Positions 57,107-64,000 of a stretch of DNA of 64,000 bases are shown one piece after another. This DNA is from Alphaproteobacteria bacterium (GTDB lineage: Bacteria; Pseudomonadota; Alphaproteobacteria; MPNO01; UBA2964). The notes under the pieces were generated by a model, which was given only the letters and a program-made list of their open reading frames with translations, was not told the origin of the DNA and ran no database searches. Numbering within the stretch: position 1 is the stretch's first letter; every line of letters begins with the position of its first letter. The DNA lies in contig WLWZ01000011.1 of assembly GCA_012103315.1 (NCBI GenBank), forward strand, positions 11,869 through 75,868, read 5' to 3'. The position numbers were made by a program, and so were the translations under genes.

Positions 57107-58186
57107 ATGACACTCATTTTGTCCAATGACGACATCGAACAAGTCCTCGAGATGAACGAACTCGTGCCGGTGCTTGAAGAAGCTTATATCGAGCTTGTCG
57201 AAGGGCGTGGCGGTAATCGACGGCGCTCCGATATTGTAACGCCGACGACCCTACGCGACGACGGGCTCTATGCTCTTAAATCGATGGATGGTGTGATCCC
57301 GAAACTTGGTGTCGGGGCGGTTCGCCTCAACTCGGATATTCTGACTTTCCCAACCACCGGGAATGAGATGCGCCGGGTCAAAGTACCGGCAGCCCCTAAC
57401 AACCGCTATGTCGGGTTAGTGTTGTTATTTAGCACCCATAACGGTGAGCCGTTAATGATTTGTCCTGATGGCGTCATGCAGCGCATGAGGGTCGGCGCCA
57501 CCAACGGCATCGCGGCGAAATATATGGCGCGCGAGGATGCCGACACTTTGGCGGTGCTGGGGTCTGGCTGGCAAGCTGGCGCGCAGGTTTTAGCGCATGC
57601 GGCGGTGCGCGACCTCAAAGACGTTCGCGTCTATAGCCCCAACCCGGATAACCGTAGGGCGTTTGCGGCGGAGATGTCCGAGGCATTGGATTTAGACGTT
57701 CGGACCTGTGAGACCGGTGAGGAAGCCTGCAAAGGAGCACAGATGATTTCCTGCGCGACCAACGCGGTGATGCCGGTATTCTTCCATGATTGGTTGGAAC
57801 CGGGCATGCATATTGGCACGGTGCGTCCCGGCGCTACGGAAGTTGAAAAGGCGGCGTGGTCGGATATCGAACTCTTTGCGCTGCTCGATCACGACGATAA
57901 TGCCGAGATGATCTATACCCACGGTGTTTTGGTCGGCGAGGATAAGGTCGGTTCCTACGGGGTGGAACAAGATGACTGGCACAATGGTTTGCCATCGCTG
58001 CCACAGATCATCAATGGCGACCGCGAAGGCCGTATTAATGACGAACAGTGCTCATGTTTTTTGAATAATCTCGGAATGGGCTACCAGTTCGCGGCCACTG
58101 GCTACGTGGTTTACAACAAGGCGAAAGAGCTCGGCCTTGGGACGGAACTACCGACCGACATGTTCACCGAAACGGTGCATCCTTAA
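57107..58186 (+). CDS. Ornithine cyclodeaminase / mu-crystallin family protein
   Basis: LKSM, MRVGATNG, LGSGWQA, VYSP, CATN and G.GYQFAA. Confidence 0.85.
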   Translation: MTLILSNDDIEQVLEMNELVPVLEEAYIELVEGRGGNRRRSDIVTPTTLRDDGLYALKSMDGVIPKLGVGAVRLNSDILTFPTTGNEMRRVKVPAAPNNRYVGLVLLFSTHNGEPLMICPDGVMQRMRVGATNGIAAKYMAREDADTLAVLGSGWQAGAQVLAHAAVRDLKDVRVYSPNPDNRRAFAAEMSEALDLDVRTCETGEEACKGAQMISCATNAVMPVFFHDWLEPGMHIGTVRPGATEVEKAAWSDIELFALLDHDDNAEMIYTHGVLVGEDKVGSYGVEQDDWHNGLPSLPQIINGDREGRINDEQCSCFLNNLGMGYQFAATGYVVYNKAKELGLGTELPTDMFTETVHP

Positions 58187-58611
58187 TCGTCGGTCGATAC
58201 CAAAGCCTCTTTCAGGATCTCTCGGATTTCATCTGGCATGTCGGTTGATTTGCGGGCCTCAAGGTCAAAGAAAACCTCCACTGCATCCTGAGTAGCGATC
58301 AGCGTGCCGTTTTCGGCATTGGTCATGCGTTGCGTATAGGTCAGGCTTTTATTGCCGAGCCGGGTGAAGCCGCTTTTGACGACAAGGAGTTCTCCGGCGT
58401 TAGCTTCGTGAACGAAATCGTTGGTAGTGCGCGCGACGACGACGCCGACGCCATGTTTTTTCATCGCAGCATGGGCGCCATCAATCATGTTCCAGATGTG
58501 AAACCCGGCATCATCGAAAAAATGTCCGTAAAAGCGGACATTCATATGTCCGATATGATCGCAATACCAAGGATGCACGACGGCACGATGGGTTTCCATC
58601 CAGTCAGCCAT
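58183..58611 (-). CDS. Hot-dog fold acyl-CoA thioesterase (4HBT-like)
   Basis: VHPWYCDHIGHMNVRFY and LGNKS. Confidence 0.85.
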   Translation of the reverse strand: MADWMETHRAVVHPWYCDHIGHMNVRFYGHFFDDAGFHIWNMIDGAHAAMKKHGVGVVVARTTNDFVHEANAGELLVVKSGFTRLGNKSLTYTQRMTNAENGTLIATQDAVEVFFDLEARKSTDMPDEIREILKEALVSTDD

Positions 58612-58690
58612 GATCGGGTCTCCCAAAAATTATTCTCAGCACAGCATAGGACGGTGTGACAATCGATGGAATGCCGCTAACATCGACATC

Positions 58691-59668
58691 ATGAAAGCGG
58701 CAGTCATTGAACAGCAGGGCGGTGTCGAGAACATCGTCTATCGCGATTGGGAAGATCCGGAGCCGGGTCCTGATGATGTCGTTGTCCGCGTGAAGGCCTG
58801 CGGGCTCAACCATCTCGACATTTTTGTGCGACGCGGGATGCCCGGTTTTCCGGTGCCGATGCCGTTTATTTCCGGCGGTGACATTGCAGGCGAAATCTGT
58901 GCCTTGGGGAACAATGTTCCCGGCTGGTCGGTCGGCGATCGGGTAACACTCAATCCTGATACACATGAAGGAATGATTGGAGAGCAGCTGATTGGTGGTC
59001 TGGCGGAGAAAGTCCGTGTTCCTGCCCAGAATCTCGTGGCGTTACCCGACAGTCTTTCTTATGAGCAAGGCGCGGCTATTCCAATCAATTATGGTACGGC
59101 ACATAGGATGCTATTTCATCGCGGCAGGTTGGCGGCAGGGGAAACAATCCTGGTGCTCGGCGCGAGTGGCGGCGTTGGTATTGCCTGTGTTCAATTTGCT
59201 CAGATGGTCGGTGCGACGGTGATTGCAGCGGCTGGCTCGGCGGAGAAATGTGAAAAGCTCTCCGCGCTGGGGGCTGATCACACGATCAATTATGCCGATG
59301 AAGACTTTAGCGCGGCGACTTGGAAACTGTCAGAAAAGAAAGGTGTCGATGTTGTCGTCAATTTTACCGGTGGCGATACCTGGGCACCATGTTTGCGGAC
59401 GGCGAAGCCAGGCGGTCGAATCCTGACATGTGGGGCGACGGCAGGGCATTCGCCAGAAACGGATCTGCGTTATATCTGGGTGAGAGAACTCGATGTCCTG
59501 GGGTCGAATAGCTATAGCCAGGAAGACGTCGCGAAGTCTGTTGCCTATGCGGCGGAAGGTAAGATTGCGCCGGTGATCAGTGATGTGTTGCCGCTGGAGA
59601 AAACCGGTGAGGCAGAAATGCTGATGGAAGATCGGAACTTCTTTGGCAAGATTGTCGTCTGCCCCTAA
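58691..59668 (+). CDS. Medium-chain dehydrogenase/reductase (quinone oxidoreductase-like)
   Basis: CGLNHLD, GGDIAG, LGASGGVG, CGATAG and FGKIVV. Confidence 0.85.
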   Translation: MKAAVIEQQGGVENIVYRDWEDPEPGPDDVVVRVKACGLNHLDIFVRRGMPGFPVPMPFISGGDIAGEICALGNNVPGWSVGDRVTLNPDTHEGMIGEQLIGGLAEKVRVPAQNLVALPDSLSYEQGAAIPINYGTAHRMLFHRGRLAAGETILVLGASGGVGIACVQFAQMVGATVIAAAGSAEKCEKLSALGADHTINYADEDFSAATWKLSEKKGVDVVVNFTGGDTWAPCLRTAKPGGRILTCGATAGHSPETDLRYIWVRELDVLGSNSYSQEDVAKSVAYAAEGKIAPVISDVLPLEKTGEAEMLMEDRNFFGKIVVCP

Positions 59669-61227
59669 GACGTGTCGGTGGAAATCGAGTCCTCGATGAT
59701 TTTTCGGGCGGCCGGCCGGTCGACTTTTCCTGTGCCGCCAATAGGTAGGGCCTCAACAATAAAGACACGCCGCGGATGCGCGTAGGCTGCGCCATGCTCC
59801 AGCGTAAATGCTTTGATCGAGTTCTCGTCGCTGCGTGATCCCGACCGCACTGTCACGAGAGCAGCCGGAGCGAGACCTTTGACGTCATGTGTTATCGGCA
59901 TCATGACGGCATCTATAATGTCAGGATGCTGTACGAGAAGAAGCTCGACCTCTTTGGGGTAGATGTTTTCGCCGCCACAGGAAAACTGGTCGTCTATGCG
60001 ACCCATAAAGAAGTAGAAGCCGTCTTCGTCTTTACGGAAGATATCTCCGGTATGGAGCCAGCCGTCGGTCAGCCGTTCTTTGTTCAGGTCCGGACGATTG
60101 TTATAACCCGCGAGCACAGCAGGGGACTTAACCCAGAACTCTCCGTGACTATCGTTTGCCTCTCCGTCTTCTCCGACCATCTTGACCGCGACCTCCGGAG
60201 CGGGGACACCGCAACTTCCCCGAGGGACAGGACGCCCATCAAGGGGATTGCGAAGCGGGCCGCCGCCTTCAGTGAGGCCGTAAGCTTCCTCGACATCGGC
60301 GCTAAAAGCTTTTTCGACGGCATTTAATAATTCAGCGCCTACGACGGCAGATCCCATTTCAAGACATTCCAGTCTTGGAAATTTTAGGTCTCGCAGTAAT
60401 TCTTCTTCGGCGAGCATCATGCGATACATCGCGGGTACGCCGCCGGTATCGGTGCATTCGTAATCCGCGAGAGCTTGCAGCATAGTGCGTGGTTCAAATC
60501 GTGGAAGTATAACGGCAGATGCTCCGGCATAGAGTTTAGGCTTAATCGATACCCGCATTGCATTCTTGTGAAACAGCGGTCCAGCCACCAGAGTTCGATC
60601 TGTTGGTTTGCAAGGCCAGTGCTGTTGGGCCGCTCTGATGCCCCACAACATTCCTTCGTGAGTTAGTAGGACGCCCTTGGGACGCCCGGTTGAACCCGAT
60701 GTATATGGAAGGAAGGCGATTTGGCCCGGTTCTACGGGCGAAGGGATAAATGAGTCTGGCGTCGATGCGGCGAGCGCCTCTTCATAATCTGTCCAGCCAG
60801 GGGGAACGGGCTCAACGGCAATCAAAGTCTGGAAGTTATGCCGTTCGACGACTTCAACGAGCTGAGGGTGACAGTTGGGTTCGATGATCGCACCGCGACA
60901 CCCAGAGTCCCTAATAATAAAATCAATAGTCTCCGCACCGAGCTTGATGTTGAGTGGAATAGGAATGATTCCAGCGCGCATTGCCCCAAAAAAGATCTCG
61001 ATGAATTCGAAACGGTTGCCCATCGCAAGCAGTAATCGATCCCCCCGGGCCATGCCGATGTTTGAAACCATCGTTGCGACGGAGTCCATTCTCCTGTCCA
61101 GCTCACTATGAGAAAGTAGATGATCGGGGTTGCGCGACAAATCGATCAAAGCTGTTTTGTCGGGATAGGTTGATGCTGCGGCGCGGTTAAAGTAGCCGAG
61201 ATTCAAGTTTTCAGTGTCCATGGTCAT
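59665..61227 (-). CDS. AMP-forming acyl-CoA synthetase (class I adenylate-forming enzyme)
   Basis: YTSGSTGRPKG, YGLTE, HTGD, GGENIYP.EVE and TGKVDR. Confidence 0.9.
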   Translation of the reverse strand: MTMDTENLNLGYFNRAAASTYPDKTALIDLSRNPDHLLSHSELDRRMDSVATMVSNIGMARGDRLLLAMGNRFEFIEIFFGAMRAGIIPIPLNIKLGAETIDFIIRDSGCRGAIIEPNCHPQLVEVVERHNFQTLIAVEPVPPGWTDYEEALAASTPDSFIPSPVEPGQIAFLPYTSGSTGRPKGVLLTHEGMLWGIRAAQQHWPCKPTDRTLVAGPLFHKNAMRVSIKPKLYAGASAVILPRFEPRTMLQALADYECTDTGGVPAMYRMMLAEEELLRDLKFPRLECLEMGSAVVGAELLNAVEKAFSADVEEAYGLTEGGGPLRNPLDGRPVPRGSCGVPAPEVAVKMVGEDGEANDSHGEFWVKSPAVLAGYNNRPDLNKERLTDGWLHTGDIFRKDEDGFYFFMGRIDDQFSCGGENIYPKEVELLLVQHPDIIDAVMMPITHDVKGLAPAALVTVRSGSRSDENSIKAFTLEHGAAYAHPRRVFIVEALPIGGTGKVDRPAARKIIEDSISTDTS

Positions 61228-61272
61228 TGAGCTTATATCCGGAAATATCGGGTGCCTACGTCTAGATTGGGG

Positions 61273-61288
61273 TGTGATTTTGATCACA
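61273..61288. promoter_or_regulatory. CRP-family binding site
   Basis: Perfect TGTGA-N6-TCACA in a divergent intergenic region. Confidence 0.5.
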
Positions 61289-61304
61289 AGAACAACACCC
61301 GCAC

Positions 61305-61320
61305 GTTAAGCGGGTTTTAA
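61305..61320 (-). promoter_or_regulatory. CtrA-type binding site
   Basis: Minus strand reads TTAA-AACCCGC-TTAAC, the full TTAA-N7-TTAAC consensus. Confidence 0.5.
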
Positions 61321-61365
61321 TGGATATGATTGTACAACGTGTCGTTGGTAAAACGAATTTCTTGA

Positions 61366-64000
61366 ATGAGTTGTACTGTGTTCGAAGAAGAGATCAATCA
61401 GGCAAAAGAAAAACCGTGGTGGCGAACTGCCGATGGCCGCGTCGGCGGTGCGCTTCTCGCTATACTTTTATTTTGCCTCACAACGCTCTATTTCAGTCTG
61501 GAACATGCCGAAAAATATTTGTTTCGATCGGAGGCAAGTGAAGTTGGTTCAACAGTTGTTACAAATCTTCTGAACGGACTTCCTAACCTTGGAAGTGTTC
61601 TCAAAGATCGCGATCCGAGAGATAAAGAAGTAGAAAAAATCGAGGAGATCATCGGCATCACCGGAGTCATGGGACTTCGGCTTATCGATCCACAGGGATC
61701 TGTTGTATTCGAACCGCTCGACCTACCCGTTTATGGTCAAAAAGACAGCAAGGTTTATGCCCGTGAAATTAAAGGGCGCAAAGTGCTGGTTCAAATTACA
61801 CACCGTAAGATCCAGGGCGTTGTTATCGGGACAGCGCTAGTGCCGGTTTTTGATAATGGTGTTGTGGCGGGAGGTGCAGAGATCTTTTTGAACATGACGC
61901 GCCGTCACCAAGAGATGCAACAGCTCGAGGCGATTGCCTTTATCGGGATCGGCTCCTTCATGATCCTGATTGCATTTGCTATCGGCGTTATTTTTCGGCG
62001 GCACGCGCAGGCGAATAAGAATTTTGTTACTGCGTTGCGTGAAGGTGAAGAACGCTACCGTAAATTAATTGAATTCTCACCGGATGCCATTCGCGTCATC
62101 GTTGGTGAACGGATTGGCTTTGTAAATCCGGCGGCCGTCGAACTGTTCGGCGCCAAAGATGAAGCGGAATTGATCGGAATGGAAGGTAGTTCATTTGTTC
62201 CTAATGATATTCAAGAGAACCGAGACGATCCTAGGCAGATAATCAGGCGTCAGAGCCTTACCGACAAGGCGATGCCTTGGACCGAGACAAGACGTGCGAA
62301 GCTCGACGGTACAGTGATCGATGTTGAGGCTTGCGCTATTCATTTTACTTGGGACGGGAAGCCTGCACGGCTGGCAATGGCGCGAGACATTAGTGAACGA
62401 AAACGCGCGGAACGGGCGATGGCTGAGTTGTCGAAGCGTAACGAATATCTTCTGGCTTCTGTTGCAGAGGGTATTTTTGGCCTTGATCTGGCTGGTCATA
62501 TTACATTTGCGAATCCAGCGGCAGCTCGAATGCTAGGTTGGCGTATCACTGATATTGTTGGCAGAGAATTTACCGATATTGATCCGGTAATGAGAAACAA
62601 AGATGAGTCAACATCTGAATCTCTTATTTTGTCCGCGCTTAGGAGAGGAGAAGAGCTCCGCGTCGCGAGCGAGACGATGTGGCATACTGACGGGGTGTCA
62701 TTTCCCGCCGCTTACAATGTAAATCCCATTCGGAATAGCGATGGCGATGTTGAAGGTGCTGTTGTTACGTTCCGCGATATCGCCAAACGAAAAAGAGATG
62801 AAGAAAATTTGCGGCAGAGCGAAGCGCGTGCCTCTTTGGCTCGCCAGCAACTGCTTGATGCCGTCGAGGCCACAAGCGATGCCTTTGCGTTGTTTGGTCC
62901 TGATGACAGGTTTGTACTCGGAAACTCGACGTTCCGTTCGATGTTGCCAATGTCGATTGACCTCATGCAGGCTCATGCATCGTTCGAGGAAATCGTTCGA
63001 TTTACTGTTGAGAGTCGTAAAAAAGAAGCACCCGAGGGTGAGCTACTAAAGGGGCAAATCGGCGTTGATGAAGTCCTTGATATTCACGCTAATCCCGGCA
63101 AAATTCTCGAACGCCAACTTCCTGACGGTCGTTGGGTTCGGATGATGGATCACCGTACGAGTGATGGCAGCACGGTCTGTATTCGGACAGATATTACCGA
63201 GCTAAAGAAACGTGAGGATGTTCTAAAACAAAGCGAAGCGGAAGCTTCCCGCGCGCAGCGCCTGCTGATCGATGCTATCGAGGCCGTGAATGATGGGTTT
63301 GTCTTGTTTGATTCCGATGAACGCATCGTAATGGCCAACTCAAAATATAAGGCTATGTATCCAGCGGCGGTCGATGGCCAGTTCGAAGGAATGCGTTTAG
63401 AGGAAATGGTTCGGCGTACTGCAATGGCGACGCTTGGAACCGACGTCTTTCCAACTGCAAAGGATGTCGAGGCATACGTGACGGAACGTATGGAGGCGCA
63501 TCGTCAATCGGGGACCATTGCAGAGCGGCAACTGGAATCCGGACGTTGGCTTAGGATTACGGACCAGAAGACCTCCGATGGTGGGGTTGTCGGCATCAGA
63601 ACCGATATCACTGATCTAAAAACGCGGGAGGCAAAGCTTAAAGAGCAGGCTGCTATTACCGCACTCCTAAATAAAGTTGCGGTAAATGCAAACAAATCCC
63701 CGACTTTCCGCGAAGCTTTGCAGCAAACCATCGATGATATTTGTGAAGCCATCGATTGGCCTTTGGGACATGTGCTTGTCCCATCAGCCGGCGGGAATGG
63801 AAAATTTGAATCGCTCCGGTTATGGCATTTGGACGACCCGGAAGGATTTGAAGAGTTCAAGGTTTGGATGGAACAGGCAAGTCTAACCGGTGATCGCGGT
63901 TTAATTGGACTTGCGTCGCTCCGACGTGGCCCTATTTGGGCAACAAAAATTGAGCGTGAAAATTCACCCATTTATATGCCCGCAGCGGCTAAAGAAGGTA
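61366..64000 (+). CDS. Membrane-anchored multi-PAS/GAF sensor (histidine kinase or diguanylate cyclase), truncated by the window end
   Basis: Open frame from ATG 61366 to the edge; two TM helices; PAS starts EERYRKLIEFSPDAI, LLASVAEGIFGLD, LLDAVEATSDAFALF and LIDAIEAVNDGFVLFD; GAF-like ALQQTIDDICEAIDWPLGH; output domain lies outside the window. Confidence 0.85.
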   Translation, partial: MSCTVFEEEINQAKEKPWWRTADGRVGGALLAILLFCLTTLYFSLEHAEKYLFRSEASEVGSTVVTNLLNGLPNLGSVLKDRDPRDKEVEKIEEIIGITGVMGLRLIDPQGSVVFEPLDLPVYGQKDSKVYAREIKGRKVLVQITHRKIQGVVIGTALVPVFDNGVVAGGAEIFLNMTRRHQEMQQLEAIAFIGIGSFMILIAFAIGVIFRRHAQANKNFVTALREGEERYRKLIEFSPDAIRVIVGERIGFVNPAAVELFGAKDEAELIGMEGSSFVPNDIQENRDDPRQIIRRQSLTDKAMPWTETRRAKLDGTVIDVEACAIHFTWDGKPARLAMARDISERKRAERAMAELSKRNEYLLASVAEGIFGLDLAGHITFANPAAARMLGWRITDIVGREFTDIDPVMRNKDESTSESLILSALRRGEELRVASETMWHTDGVSFPAAYNVNPIRNSDGDVEGAVVTFRDIAKRKRDEENLRQSEARASLARQQLLDAVEATSDAFALFGPDDRFVLGNSTFRSMLPMSIDLMQAHASFEEIVRFTVESRKKEAPEGELLKGQIGVDEVLDIHANPGKILERQLPDGRWVRMMDHRTSDGSTVCIRTDITELKKREDVLKQSEAEASRAQRLLIDAIEAVNDGFVLFDSDERIVMANSKYKAMYPAAVDGQFEGMRLEEMVRRTAMATLGTDVFPTAKDVEAYVTERMEAHRQSGTIAERQLESGRWLRITDQKTSDGGVVGIRTDITDLKTREAKLKEQAAITALLNKVAVNANKSPTFREALQQTIDDICEAIDWPLGHVLVPSAGGNGKFESLRLWHLDDPEGFEEFKVWMEQASLTGDRGLIGLASLRRGPIWATKIERENSPIYMPAAAKEG

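Noticed and set aside
62191..63971. Several short ORFs on both strands near the right edge
   Set aside because: All are shadows of the long open frame of the PAS sensor
1..64000. CRISPR arrays, tRNA/rRNA, IS elements and prophage genes
   Set aside because: No regularly spaced repeats, cloverleaf-like segments or transposase, integrase or phage motifs seen by eye; a covariance-model scan would be needed to exclude small RNAs

Overview
A gene-dense bacterial chromosomal window of moderate GC, most likely alphaproteobacterial (hopanoid hpnIJKL genes, tripartite tricarboxylate transporters and a CtrA-type box; the taxonomy is an inference). It holds about 58 protein-coding genes. I saw no rRNA, tRNA, CRISPR array, transposase or phage gene. 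Most genes encode catabolic enzymes for aromatic, heterocyclic or organic-acid substrates: two Rieske oxygenases, two flavin monooxygenases, three VOC proteins, a UbiD decarboxylase, an XylG-type dehydrogenase, a dihydrodiol-dehydrogenase-like SDR, an amidase and several hydrolases. There are also four TctC binding proteins with one TctAB, oxyR-catalase, msrA, an ABC-F protein and a hopanoid side-chain cluster. The best candidates for undescribed biology are: (1) an orphan EutA-like ASKHA ATPase coupled to a bicupin and a ceramidase-type hydrolase, with a second bicupin whose metal sites are degenerate in the complementary way; (2) a CDP-alcohol phosphotransferase translationally coupled to hpnK, with a second one divergent from the cluster; (3) a very divergent isocitrate-dehydrogenase-family enzyme; (4) a TctC carrying a highly basic OB-fold-like extension; (5) a UbiD with a coupled 60-aa partner. 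Two lesions are visible: a frameshifting deletion in a DadA-family gene and an in-frame TAG inside a signal peptide. A multi-PAS/GAF sensor runs off the right edge and is absent from the ORF track. All calls come from motif recognition by eye; no searches were run.
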